From Octopus sinensis (lineage: Eukaryota), in assembly GCF_006345805.1 (NCBI RefSeq), contig NC_043008.1:67084001-67148000 (forward strand): a stretch of DNA of 64,000 nucleotides, read 5' to 3'. This document shows positions 12,706 through 26,655 of the stretch, piece by piece (within the stretch, counting starts at the first letter, position 1; every line of letters begins with the position of its first letter). Both the position numbers and the translations under genes were made by a program. The notes beneath the pieces were generated by a model that saw only the letters and a program-made list of their open reading frames with translations, ran no database searches and was not told the origin of the DNA.

Positions 12706-13004
12706 CACCATCCGTTTGTGGTTGTTGCTAGTCTCGCCTGGCCCCCGTGCCGGTGGCACGTAAAAAGCACCATCCGATCGTGGCCGTTTGCCAGCCTCGT
12801 CTGGCACCTGTGCCGGTGGCACATAAAAAGCACCCACTACACTCACGGAGTGGTTGGCGTTAGGAAGGGCATCCAGCTGTAGAAACACTGCCAGATCAGA
12901 CTGGGCCTGGTGCAGCCTTCTGGCTTCCCAGACCCCAGTTGAACCGTCCAACCCATGCTAGCATGGAAAGCGGACGCTAAACAATGATGATGATGAGGAT
13001 GATG

Positions 13005-13005
<1 letters not shown>
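12706..13005 (+). mobile_element. Family E repeat with internal subrepeats and a (TGA)n tail
   Basis: TTGGCGTTAGGAAGGGCATCCAGCTGTAGAAAC..GGACGCTAAAC(GAT)n. Related copies at about 265-630(+), 6240-6410(-), 7736-8235(-), 31725-31945(-), 46265-46651(+) and 52345-52860. Confidence 0.8.
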
Positions 13006-13061
<56 letters not shown>

Positions 13062-14339
13062 AAAGATACTGGAGTTATATTTAATTATAATTTACCTAGG
13101 ACTCATCATAAGGCTAAAGCATTGAAATATCAAAAAAAAAGAATAAATCTCTGATCCATCATATTCAGAAAATATCTGTCCTATTATGTAACAACCTCTT
13201 CTACCACAAATGAGTTCCTGCAATCATTCACTTTATTAGATGGTGTCAAAATGGCTGTTATGCCCTATAACAAGTCGAATATAGCAGTCAGACACATCAA
13301 GTCAAATATAACATCGTAAAATAGGCCAGAATAAACAAGCATTTCAAAATGTGTGTGTGATTATACCAAACAGTTATGGGTTTTCACCATGAATACAATG
13401 TTGAAACAAAACCTGTTTAAAAGAGAGTGGTTAAGTCTCTGAAGAGCGAAAATTGCTATTGGGTTTTCTTTTTCAAGTCTAGTTTCAAACAATTCTGCTT
13501 ATATCGTTGACTCATCTCCGTTCAAACGATTCTATGTATTTCATTTACTTAAAGCCTTTATAAATTACATAAACATCAGAACATTACATCAATATATCTC
13601 ATGCTTTCACATCGATGTGGGAAAGCAGTTATTACATTATCGGTTTACAGATGTTCTCTTCCCTTGCCATTCGTACATATAAGTACTCTGTCACACCAAT
13701 CTAATATGTCCACTACTTTTTGAACGAACCTCGTTAATAAGCCACATGTACTTAAAATCATAGTTTTGCCTAGTGTCTAGATCAAAGTTATCAGATTCTC
13801 TATATTGAAAAAAATAACAAAAAACAAAAAAGAAAAGAAAAACCCAACAACATTAAATTAGTTTCTGAGATTTCCTTCATCGCTTCAGAATATTCCTGAT
13901 ATTAGCGAATTTCCTAAAAGTCAACTTTGTCTTCTGACTTGCAAGAAATAATCAATTACTTTTGAGCAATAAACGAGAATACTTTATTCATGTGAGCGTC
14001 TGTGTGTGTATGCATATACATACTCATGTATGTGTGTATGTATCTATGTGTGTGTGCATGTGTGTATGTGTATGTATTTATGTATGTGTGTATATTGGTT
14101 CTGTCGTGATGGACATGATGAATGCAATACCAACAGTCTACTACAAAGTGTATTGCATATATATATGTTCTTTTATATTCTTTTACTTGTTTCAGTCATT
14201 TGACTGCGGCCATGCTGGAGCACTGCCTTAAAAGGTTTTCATTCAAAGAAATCAAACCCAGGACTTATTTTTTTGTAAACCTAGTACTTATTCTATCGGT
14301 CTCTTTTGCCGAGCCACTATGTTATGAGGACAAACACAG

Positions 14340-14401
<62 letters not shown>

Positions 14402-14607
14402 TATATATATACACGATGGGCTTCTTTCAGTTACTGCCTACCAAATCCACTCACAAGGCTTTGGTTGGCCCAAGGCTAGAGTAGAAGACACTTGCCCAAG
14501 GTGCCATACAATGGGACTGAACCTAAAAGCATGTGGTTGGGAAGCAAGCTTCTTACCACACAGTCATGCCTCCCTCTCTCATCTCTCTCTCTATATATAT
14601 ATATATG

Positions 14608-14639
<32 letters not shown>

Positions 14640-15314
14640 AAAAGAGAGAGAGATACACACACACATGCATGAGTATAGCACATGAACATATTACAATGTA
14701 TTATACAAGTGTAAGCAATATATAACATTTATGTATGATTAACTGTTTTATTAAGTAAATTCGTGTGTGTCTGTGCAGTTCTATGGGTGTGTGCATTCAT
14801 ACGAAGGTGAGTATTTGTGGCAAGTACTGTAGTGTTAGTATACACATGCATACACATATATACTTACATACATATGCATATGTATGTATTCATGTAATGC
14901 CATCAGTCTGCAATTAAAATGAAGAGACACTCGACAATATAATGAAGCTACCCATTAAAAAATTGGCATAATATATTCTGTATCTTAGTTCAATATGTTG
15001 TCCGATTTTATTTACCTTTCATTTTAGCAATAATCATATATCATTACATTATCGCTCTAAATCTGACCTTTTTTTTATCTTGTGATTTAATTGAGCTCTC
15101 TGCTAATCACTTTGCACAAAAACAAAAAAATACTTTCATTGAAATTGCAAAGTAGTTATTTCTCTAATTACCATATATAAATATATAATATATATGTATA
15201 TTTATTGCTGTGAGTAAGTGTATGTGTAGACAGGTAGATAGATAGAGAAAGGGGGAGATAGATAGATAAATAGATAGATAGATAGACAGATAGATAGATA
15301 GATAGATATATACA

Positions 15315-15544
15315 AGGTGGTGAGCTGGCAGAAACGTTAGTACGTGGGGCGAAATGCTTAGTGGTATTTCGTCTGCCGCTATGTTCTGAGTTCAAATTCC
15401 ACCGTGCCGACTTTGCCTTTCATCCTTTTGGGGTCGATTAAATAAGTACCAGTTACATATTGAGGTCAATATAATCAACTTAATCTGTTTGTCTGTCCTT
15501 GTTTTTCCCCTCTGTGTGTAGCCCCTTGTGGGCAGTAAAGAAAT

Positions 15545-15547
<3 letters not shown>
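15315..15547 (+). mobile_element. SINE family A inside a (GATA)n tract
   Basis: Same head, body and tail as the other family A copies. Confidence 0.85.
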
Positions 15548-15639
<92 letters not shown>

Positions 15640-16941
15640 AGAAAGATAGAGAGAGATGAATAGATGTATGTTTATTTCTTTGAATATTCGTATTTGTGTG
15701 TAGTGTTTGTATGTATACTGAAAAAGATAAACATTGATATATAGATATGTTCATAAATGTACCTCTTTGTATATGAGTATTTGTTGCATGTGTATGTGTG
15801 TGTGTGGAGTTTTCGATCTTGGCATATGAAAATATGTTTACATATTTATCAATTTTCATCAATTTATTGATTCTTCACACATAGCGTTTCTGTTTTTCAG
15901 TCATTTCCTTTGGTCATTTATGGTGAGGCATGAACCTCCCTCCCTCTCACTCCCCAGTGTCCACCACCACCCTGCCCCCCCCCATCTCACTCTCAAACAG
16001 ATTCTAGCACAATGCCACACATTTGCTGGCACAAGAAGGAGCTGTTGAGGAAATCAATCCCAGTGCATTGACACCAAAAGAATGTAAAGTCATTTCAACA
16101 TCATTGGGATTTGAACTCAGAGTGTAAAGATCTATGACTAAATATTGTAATGACTTCAATCCAACATTGTAACAGTTCAACCAACCCTTGGCCCCTTCCC
16201 CTCGTCTGTTGGGGTCACAAATTTGGTCTAACTGATTATATTGATCTCAGTACTTTGTACCTATATTATTAAGTCACAAAGTATTAGAAGCAAGTTTGAT
16301 CTCAGTAGATTTATGGTACTCCATCGGTTATGATGGTGAGGGTCCCAGTTGATCCGATCAACGGAACAGCCTGCTCATGAAATTAACATGCAAGTGGCTG
16401 AACACTCCACATACACGTGTACCCTTAACGTAGTTCTCAAGGAGATTCAGCATGACACAATGTGTGACAAGGCTGGCCCTTTGAAATACAGGTACTATTT
16501 ATTTTTGCCAGCTGAGTAGACTGAAGCAACATGAAATAAAGTATCTTGCTCAAGAACACAATGCGTCACTTGGAACTGAACTCACAACCTTATGATTGTA
16601 AAGCAAATACCTTAACCACTAAGCTATGTGCCTTCACTTCAGCACACAAAAGCAATGTAAATATAGCATGGCATTTTGAATTTCAATTGATTCTGCCAAA
16701 CCTTAATAACAATAATAATAATAATAATAATAATAATAATCCTTTCTACTAAAGGCACAAGGGCCAGAAATTTTGATGGGAGGGGACTAGTTTATTACAT
16801 TGGCCCCAGTGCTCAACTGGTACTTACTTTATCGACCCTGAAAGGATGAAAGGCAAAGTTGACCTCTGCAGAATTTAAACTCAGAACATAGCAACAGGCG
16901 AAATACTACATTGATAGAAATAAGAGTCAAAAACCCTTGTA

Positions 16942-17154
16942 GCCACAAACATAGCACAAGTCTATGTACTGACAGGGGTGTTAACCACCCTATGGCAAGC
17001 AAAGGTACTAAATTGGCAAGCCAATTTCACTTAAAATTAAAGCTCATCAGTAATACCATTCCATTGCTTATAGGTAAGTCAAATCCAACTGGTCTGTATA
17101 TAGCTTTTACCCACCCACCCCTTGCAGTACATAGACTTGTGCTATGTTTGTGGC
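16942..17154. mobile_element. 213-bp element with perfect 30-bp terminal inverted repeats enclosing the hammerhead
   Basis: 16942-16971 GCCACAAACATAGCACAAGTCTATGTACTG is the exact reverse complement of 17125-17154. The match continues imperfectly about 9 bp inward. No clear TSD. Confidence 0.6.
16989..17074 (-). ncRNA. Type I hammerhead ribozyme, complete core
   Basis: Minus strand: GGUAUUA-CUGAUGA-GCUU(UAAUUUU)AAGU-GAAA-UUGG(CUUG)CCAA-UU-UAGUACC. Stem I is 7 bp and extends via AAGCAA/UUGCUU and CCUAU/AUAGG beyond a UGGAAU internal loop. Confidence 0.85.
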
Positions 17155-17292
17155 CATAATCATCACAGCATACTGTGATGATTCTAAAATAAAATACTTA
17201 AAAACCTAATGGTATATCTTTTTCCTATCCCTCTGAAGAGATTTTGTCTAATATAATGATTTTAATAATTACTCTTTAATCTATTAGGCTTA

Positions 17293-19132
17293 ACTGCAAC
17301 AGTTGTAAGGGACCATGTTTGATTTTTGCAGATAATAAATTTTTATTAAATGTTAAATCTCCATTTTCTTACTTTCTTTGAATGATTATAAATCATGATT
17401 TATATATAAACCTATGGTTTTATTAATATTATTATTCACAACAAATATTAGGTTATCAAACCAGTAATCCTTTGGATGATACCATTACTTAATGAGGTTA
17501 ATTTAATCTTTAATTGAATGTATGTATATATACTGAACTACAAACGAAATGTCGCACTATAAAAGATTATTTGTTTCACACACAATATTGAGATTATATG
17601 GATTTTATCACATTTCTAGGTAGTTTGACATCAGGAAGATGTCAATGACCCACAATACCACTCTCTTTTGAAAAAACAAGGATTGCATGCAGGTTTCAAA
17701 CTTGCTCACTTTTTGTGAACATGATAATGCTTGCCAATGCACCTTTATGAAAAGCATGATGCACATGCAAAACGTTGACTCACTGGGTATAAAAGGCACT
17801 CAAATTTACCAGCCTGTCACTCCTTTGTTGAACACAGCAAGCATGCCGGGACTGACAGAAATCAGAAGGTGCAAGCCATCGGATATCTCCATGCTAGGCA
17901 ATGTCCATGGGTCATTGCTAATGACTTGAACTGCAGTATTTGGACAACTGAGCAGCTGAGGGAATGATACAATGCCGCATACAGTGGCCGACCAAAGGTT
18001 AAAACAGCATGTCAAGATCACTACCTGCACCAACAGCACTTGTAGGACTGATTCTGGAGGGCAACAGAATCAGCTAGGCATACCATAGGGACTCACCATA
18101 GACCCATTTGTGCAGAGACAGTTTGCCACCGGCTGAGATCTTTCAATATATCTCATCAATGTCCAGTTAGGGGTCTCATCCTCACCGATTGTCATTGACT
18201 GGCACATCTGCAGTGGGATCAAAAACATCAGAACTGACAATATCAAATGTGGAGGGCTGTAGTCTTCTCTGATGAAAGTCAATATTGCATTTCTGTGGCA
18301 GATGGCAGAGCAAGGGTTTGGAGAAGGGGTGAACATCATGCCGATGGCTGTGGTGGAGAGAGACTCGTGTGGAGGACAAAACATGGTATGGGACAGGATT
18401 ACAGTTAACCCAGAAACTTAGACCAGTGGTCTTCCAAAACATTGGCCAAGACTGAGGCAATAGATTAACTGCTGCTTGTTACATTGGCCAAGTGTTGAGG
18501 CCTCACATTATGTCATACATTGCCCATCATCAGAATCAGGTGTTTCAACATGACAACACCTGTGCCCATACTGCCAGGTTGACAACAAACTTGCTCCAGC
18601 AGAAAAACATCCAGACACTACCATGGCCTACCATGAACCCCAAAGAACACCTGTGGGACGAAATCCAAAGAAGGCTAAATGACATCCATCCAAGGCTAAC
18701 AACTGTGGCACAACTCACTGCAAGCTTAAACAGAATGTGGGCAACTATCTTCATGGCCTTCATCAATCGTTTAGTGCATTCAATGCACAGAAAATGCCAG
18801 GTGGTACTCAATGCTAATGATGGTCAAACTAGATATTGAGTTCATGTCACCATGTGACGTCAAATATGTTTCAGGAAATGACGTTTTATCATTAGGAAAG
18901 AACGGTTTCTTAATTAGCACTCTTCAATCAATGCTATGGCAGTCTGTTGAAAAACCAGTTTCTATTTAATACCTAATATTTGTTGTGAATAATAATCTTC
19001 ATAAAACCATAGGTTTATATATAAATCATGCTTTATAATCATTCAAAAGAAAGTAAGAAAATGGAGATTTAACATTTAATAAAAATTTATTATCTGCAAA
19101 AATCAAACATGGTCCCTTACAACTGTTGCAGT
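17293..19132 (+). mobile_element. Tc1-like transposon with about 160-bp TIRs, decayed transposase
   Basis: 17293-17452 and 18972-19132 are near-perfect inverted repeats within TA (TTAA) flanks. Remnants: VVFSDES, FQHDN..H, LPWP-MNPKEHLWDE; the SPD motif is deleted. Confidence 0.9.
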
Positions 19133-19159
19133 TAATGTATGTGACATTTCTTTTGTGGT

Positions 19160-19219
<60 letters not shown>

Positions 19220-19224
19220 TACAT

Positions 19225-19400
19225 ATTGAGAATTTACAAAAGAAACAAAAGACAAAGACTAGTGTGTAAATAACAAATAGATGTATTGGTTTAACGCTTG
19301 TGAAGTGAGAAAGTCTTTTAGGTTTCGAGCCTACGCTCTTCAACAGAAAGAAACATAGAAAATAAACAGGGAGAGAAAATAGAAAAAAGTTTAGTGGCTA
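19225..19400 (-). mobile_element. Interspersed repeat carrying a hammerhead-like motif (Penelope-like remnant); second copy at about 48990-49160
   Basis: Two similar copies; consensus CTTT-CTGTCGA-A-GAGC(GTAG)GCTC-GAAACGTA-AAAG. Confidence 0.5.
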
Positions 19401-20329
19401 ATAATCTATCATGGTGAATGCCGGAGACAGCCTTTGACCTTTTCTAATGAAAGGGTTTTTAATCCAATATTTACACATTATTATTTATAGCTTTATTTGC
19501 TTCAAGATTCACTGTTCCTAAATAGAACTGTTTCATGATATCAAAGTTTCTGAATTCTTATGACATCAGTAAGATATATATGAATGTGTGTGTTTGTAGG
19601 TGTACCTATATGTATGAATGCAGGTGGATAGATTGCAAGATAATAGACAAATAGGCAAGCAGACAAACAGCTAGCTAGTTGTTACATACATACATATATA
19701 CATACATACACTCACACAAACACACATATACACACACCAGCCCCTCTGGAGCAAAGTATGGCTGAACTTGGAATCTTGGGGAGATACTTAATTCATATGC
19801 TACAAATGATTGCAATATCTGGGATATAAAAACCTACAAGACTTCTTATGATTTAAAGGATGAAGGCTAAATTAAGATGCTATCCTTCACAACCTTTGCT
19901 ACCAGGTAGGTGGCCAATCAAAATGTTCCCTAAATTAAAGAGAGAAAGAGAAAACATAAATATATAGATAGATAGATAGATATAGATAGATAGATAGATA
20001 GATGGGTGGGTATGTAGGTAGGTGTGTATGCATATATTTATAAGTGTGCGTGTGTGTAAGTATGATACAGAATTTAAAAAGAAGCCAATAGCTGAAGTAT
20101 TATACAAAAGGTCTTTTGTAGTGGTGTATGTGTGTGTGTATGTGTGTACGCACATGCGTGTGTGTTGTGTACATAGATTTGTGTATGTGAGTGTGTATTG
20201 TGCACACGCACTCCTCTGCATGTGTTTGTAAACATGAAAGGTAAACCACTCGAGAGTTTAGATGATAGATCTGTTTCATATAATTAATCTGTGGCTCTTA
20301 GTTCTTGCCATGTTTATCTTCATTGTTTT

Positions 20330-20733
20330 TCTGATATCACCACTGCCACTACAACTACCACCACCACCATAAACCACTGTTATCACTAACACAGCCACCA
20401 TCTGCAACCACCACCACCACAACTGCAACTAGTGTTACCATCATCACCACTACCATCACTACTATGACAGCCACCACCTCTAAAACCACCACACTACCAC
20501 GATTACAATGACACTACCACCACCACTTCCACGCCACAACCATCACTACCATCAACCCCAACACAACCACAAAATCACTACTACTCCACAACTGCCACCA
20601 CCACAACTCCATCATCATACCCACCACCTCCACCATCAGCACCACTATCACCACCATCATCATCACCACCAGCACCACTTCAACAAACCAACCATCACAA
20701 CCATAAGACAGTCTTTGCAGCAGCTGCTTCTGT

Positions 20734-20770
<37 letters not shown>

Positions 20771-21075
20771 GCTACTACTACTACCACCACTGCTGCTATC
20801 ACTACCAATATCACATGGTTCTATCAGTGCTGCCACCATCACTACTACAACAAATGCCATTAACTACTAAGACATTGCATCACAGCTACCACAAACACCA
20901 CATCTGCATGCCAACAATTACCACTCCTGCCATGACAATCACCAACACTACCACCACTAACACTACTACCATTACCATCACCACTAACAACACACCAGCA
21001 CTGCCACTTCCACTACTTCCAGAAGCACCATCACTACCACCACTACCACCACCACCACCACCACCACCATCACTA
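20330..21075. repeat. (CAC/ACT/CAT)n low-complexity trinucleotide tract
   Basis: Read directly. Similar tracts at 1975-2480, 22920-23120 and 44460-44830. Confidence 0.9.
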
Positions 21076-21326
21076 GTGCTATCTAGTCACAAGATTTGAC
21101 AAGCGAAGGAGAGCACACCTACTCAGTCACTCAACTTGCAAGAAATAGCATCGAAAATCTCCCTCAAATTACATTCTGCTTCAAACATTTTTTTTTTAAA
21201 AACACTGAGGAGGCACACAATGGACAGTCTTGGATAGGAAATGGATAGGAAATGGTGAGTTGGTCATGGCAGAAATACTTCTGATTACAGATCTGCTCAG
21301 TCATTGTTTTAATCTATGAGCTAGTA

Positions 21327-21632
21327 CAAGGGTTCTCAACCATTTTTTATCTATGGACCGCCTTTGATTGCTATTTTATTCTACTGGAGCTCCATAACAG
21401 TTTGATGTTTAAAAACTAGTTTTATAGAAACTTCTTTCAAAATTCCAATTTTGGTTTCCACGCATTAACTTGTGTAGAGTGGATTACATAAAACTTTATA
21501 GAAAGAAACGTATACTTCTTGCAATACATACCAATACATACACTTAAAGCAAAATTTTTTCAAGGGCCTTTAAAATACTATTGTGATCCCCAATTTAGTA
21601 TTTTGTTGCATGGACCCAGTTGAGAACCACTG
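21327..21632 (+). mobile_element. Non-autonomous hAT element
   Basis: Ends CAAGGGTTCTCAAC..GTTGAGAACCACTG; 8-bp flanks AGCTAGTA/AGCTAGAG. Confidence 0.75.
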
Positions 21633-23152
21633 AGCTAGAGAATAAGGCCAGAATTGACCATATTTGTTTGTAGGTTTAGGACAAGGTCTGGACCTTTTCT
21701 TTATTTTTATTTATTTGTATGGTGTTTGGTAGACTGGGAATTACCCAAGCAATGCAGATCTCTTTTGTTCATGCCCACAATGTTCTAGGAAAGATCGATA
21801 AAGTCTGGTGCCAGTGCTCTTGCAGGTTTCACTGCTAGAACATGATGACCTGGAACAGATACTGCAAGACATCTTGTCTGAAGTTCCAGTACTTTCACCA
21901 AACCATCACCCTGAATTTGTACTTATTTTTTTCCTTCTGTTTATTTATCGAAGCCTAAAGGACGAAAGGCAAAGCTAACCTCAGCAGGATTTGAGCTCAG
22001 AGGGCAGAGATTCAGTGGTTCAATCAAATGAATTCCATGCTCATTGAATTAATATGTATGTATTTTAGTATTCCACAGACACATGTACCTTTCACATGCA
22101 GAATCAACATGGCGTATTATGATGACAAGACTGTACCACTTGAATTACAGGAACAATCCATCTAACAAGATTCGATACAGTTTCTGTCTACACAGTTTCA
22201 CTTACAAGGTATGAGTTAAACCAAGGATATAGAAAATGTTATTTGCTCAAGATGCCAAGCAGTGGGATTGAACTAGAAACTTCACAGTTGCAAAGTGAAT
22301 TTCTTAACCATTCAGTCAAACTAAGCCTACAAAAATGTCAATCTTTATATATTACACACATATGACAGGTGTGGCTGTGGCTGTGAGGTTAAGAAAATTG
22401 CTTCCCAACCAGGTATGGCACTTTAGATAGGTGTCTGCTACTATAGCCCAAGGCCCTAACTTAAGCCTTGTGAGTAGATTTGAGACAAACTGAAAGAAGT
22501 CCGTGCGTGTACATACACAAGTTTATGTGTGCGTGGTTTTGTGTTTATGTTTGCATACCTCCCACCACTACCACCACCACCACCTGACCAGTGTTGGTCT
22601 CTTTATATTGCCGTAACTTAGCAATTCAGCAAAAGAAATCAATAGAGTAAGTACCAGACTTCATGCAATTAAGTATTGGAGTTGAGCTGTTTAATTAAAC
22701 ACCCACTCAAGGCAGGGCCCCAGCATGGCCACAGTCCAATAACTGAAACAAGTAAATAAGTGATATAACAGTGAAGTAGTGCTTATGTAGAATTTACATA
22801 GTAATTATTGTAACTTCATATATACACACACAAATGTTCATATATACATAGGAATCATGTTTATTATGAGATTTTATTAAAGCGTTCAGAAGGTTAAGTC
22901 AAAGCAATTAGAGTGAATACTAATGCTGCTACTGTTTGTCGTGATGATGATGGTGATGATAATGGTGGTTGTGGTGGTGGTGGTGTTGGCAGTGATGATG
23001 ACAATAATGACAGCGGCAGTGGTGGTGACATTGAATATGAAGACGATTTGGAAAAGGAAGAATAATACAAGAGAAATGAAGAATGATGGCAATGAAGAAA
23101 CGGAGGAGGAGGAGGAGGAGGAGAGAGGGGGATTTCTTGCTTTTCCTTTTAA

Positions 23153-23310
23153 TTAACATGTTGATAAAGATGGTGCTGAAGAGCCTAGGTTTGCTTCTTC
23201 TAGACAATTCCATGTCACATGAAGATGGTGGTCAGTGGAATGTGACGTTGTTTGTTGAAAAGTGGGAGGTGTCAAGGTCATGTGATGGAACGAATGTTGT
23301 TCATAACGAG
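23153..23310 (-). CDS. Candidate terminal coding exon of an unknown minus-strand gene
   Basis: AG acceptor at 23311-12 (weak pyrimidine tract), then 51 open codons RYEQHSFHHMTLTPP..SAPSLSTC and TAA. No recognisable homology. Confidence 0.25.
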
Positions 23311-25952
23311 CTGATAGATTTCATTATATTACATAATAAACAAAAGAAGTACTTAATTTAGATCTAATTAAAAATCATATTTATTAATAATATATTCTCT
23401 TATTCTCTTATTTTTTAACTTCTTTCTGACTCTAGACCATGGCCATGCTGAGGCATTACTTTGAAGTGTTTAGTTAATCAAATATATCTACATATATATA
23501 TATATATATATATACAAACATGTATATATATATGTATATATATACATATATATACACATATATATACATATATATACACATATATATACATATATATACA
23601 CATATATATACATATATATATATACATATATATACACATATATATATATACATATATATATACACACACACACATATATATACACGCACATATATATATA
23701 CACACACACACACACACATGTATATATATATATATGTGTGTGTAGGTGCAATGGCCCAGTGGTTAGGGCAGCGGACTCACAGTTGTAATATCATGGTTTC
23801 GATTCCTAGACCGGGCCATGTGATTGTTCATTGAGCGAAAACACCTAAAGCCCCATGAGGCTCTGGCAAGGGGTGGTGGTGATCCCTGCCATACTCTTTC
23901 GCCACAACTTTCTCTCACTCTTTCTTCTGTTGGCCTGCTTGCTTAGCCAGCGGGGTGGCATCATTTGAAGGCTAAAACAATGCGAAGTGCATTGTGACCA
24001 GCGATGTGACCATCTGATAACCTGGTCAGTCATGGTGATCACGGTGATATATATATATATCTGATGCTTCTTAGGTCTATACACACACACACACACACAA
24101 ACACACATATACACACATACATACATATATATACACATACATACATATATATGTGTGTGTGTGTATACAGGCAGTGCCCAGCATGGCCACAGTCAAATAA
24201 GTGAAAAAATAAAAGATAAAAGATATCTATATATACACACACATGCATTCATACATAAATTTACATATACATATATATCAACTTTTACAAGGAAAAGTTT
24301 AACTGTCAACTATTTCCTTGTAAAAGTTAATAGACATGTACTCTGTTAAAAGAGTTATGTAAACCTTCAGATTAATGTTATATTGTTTTTATATATAAAG
24401 TGACATAAAAATATATATTAATATACACATACACTCATATTCCTATAAATATATATATATATATATATGTTACTCTTTTACTTGTTTCAGTAATTTGAAT
24501 GGGGCCATGCTGGAGCATCGCCTTTAGTTAAGCAAATCAACCCCAGGACTTATTCTTTGTAAGCCTAGTATTTACTCTATTGGTCTGTTTTTGCTGAACC
24601 ACTAAGTTACGGGGACGTAAACACACCAGCATCGGTTGTCAAGCGATGGTGGGGGAACAAACACAGACACACAACATATACATATATATATATATACATA
24701 TATACGACGGGCTTCTTTCAGTTTCCATCTACCAAATCCACTCACAAGGCTTTGGTCGACCCAAGGCTATAGTAGAAGAACACTTGCCCAAGGTGCCACG
24801 CAGTGGGACTATATATATATATATATATATATGATGGACAGTCCAGTCAAAGACAACATATGAGTTCATCTTTTGCTGAATGACCTGCACAAATGATCTG
24901 CTTATAGTGATCTAATGTATGCACTGTACATTAGCTCAATCCCTCCATAAATCTACATTACCTGAACAGGTGCACGATGTTCTACACATCAGGTGCCAAA
25001 GTGATTGCAGAACAACATGAGATAGAGTGTTTTTCTCAAGAATACAACGACATATCATGTGGTCAAAGTATTGAAACTACGATCTCGCAATCATGAGTGC
25101 AGCACCCTAATCAGTAGGCCATGTACCCTCACATTACATACATATATATATAAATATACAAACATATTTTTACTAGATATTAATATTAGTGGCAATTCAA
25201 ACCATAAGCCGTGCAGGCAAGTTTTAAAAAAAATTAAGAACTTAAATTTTTATTCACTGCCCAATCTCACCATGCTTGTTTTTAAGTGAGCTTTCTGTGG
25301 CTTTAGAGTTCATTTGACTCTTATCTCTAGCAAAGCTGGTACTTTTCCAGTACCATCATCCTAATCTTCTCTCTTTGCTCCTTTGTGCCACATGGGCTCA
25401 ACTCTCCTCCCCTCTTCATCTAACTTCCTCCCCTCATGTCTCTCCCCCTCACACCTACTTTCTCCCACCCACCTCTCCTCACTTGCTCCAACTCCTACTT
25501 CTTCTCTTCACTCCTACTCTCCTTCTCTTTTCTCTTCACTCCTAACCACCTTCTCCTTTCTGCCCTTCATCGTCACCCCTCTCTTGTAACCCAACCCCAC
25601 CACTACACATTCCAGCCTCACCCCACCACATCCCTTACACCTACTCCCACATACCCCACCTCCCAACACCGTCACACCACATCACACACCACTACACCAC
25701 CAATGCACAGAATGGAAACAGAGACCCCAAATGATCTCATGCTTTAACATTCTGTCAATCCACCACAATGGAGCAGCATTTAATTTTATTGATTCTGGAA
25801 AACATGAAAAGCAAAGCTGGCTTTGGCAGAATTTGAATTCAGAACATAGATAACAATTATAGCAAGACATTCAATCCAGCACTGTAAATCATATATATGC
25901 CTACCCATCCTTTTTTAAAATCCTCCAACTCCTTCCCCCACCATCTATATTG

Positions 25953-25985
<33 letters not shown>

Positions 25986-26053
25986 TCAACCTTTATCTCA
26001 ACTCCTGTACCTTTACTTCCTCACTCTTCCTCTATCACATTTACAGAAAATCT

Positions 26054-26288
26054 AAAAGGCGGCGAGCTGGCAGAAACGTTAGCACGCCAGGCGAAATGCG
26101 TAGCCGTATGTCGTCTGTCGTTACGTTCTGAGTTCAAATTCCGCCGAGGTCGACTTTGCCTTTCATCCTTTCGGGGTCGATAAATAAAGCACCAGTCTCC
26201 CACTGGGGTCGATGTAATTGACTTAATCCCTTTGTCTGTCCTTGTTTGTCCCCTCTATGTTTAGCCCCTTGTGGGCAATAAAGAAATA
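26054..26288 (+). mobile_element. Young SINE family A monomer
   Basis: Head GGCGGCGAGCTGGCAGAAACG, B box GTTCAAATTCC; 16-bp TSD CATTTACAGAAAATCT. Confidence 0.92.
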
Positions 26289-26408
26289 CATTTACAGAAA
26301 ATCTTGAGTTGGATTGTTACCATTTGAGTGCTAACATGCAAAACAAGGACTAAAAGGACCAATATAAGGGACTTCATTTCGATGGGACAATCTTGTTAAT
26401 ACTCTTTT

Positions 26409-26621
26409 AATCTCTTTTATTTGTTTCAGTCATTTGACTTTGGCCATGCTGGAGCACTGCCTTTAGTCAAGCAAATTGACCCTAGGACTTATTCTTTGTA
26501 AGCCTAGTACTTATTCTATCGGTCTCTTTTTGCCAAACTGCTAAGTTACGGGGACATAAACACACCAGCATTGGTTGTCAAGCGATGTTGGGGGAGGGGG
26601 ACAAACACAGACACACAAACG

Positions 26622-26655
<34 letters not shown>

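Noticed and set aside
13435-13465. CTGAAGAGCGAAA
   Set aside because: There is no room for stem II and no valid stems I or III.
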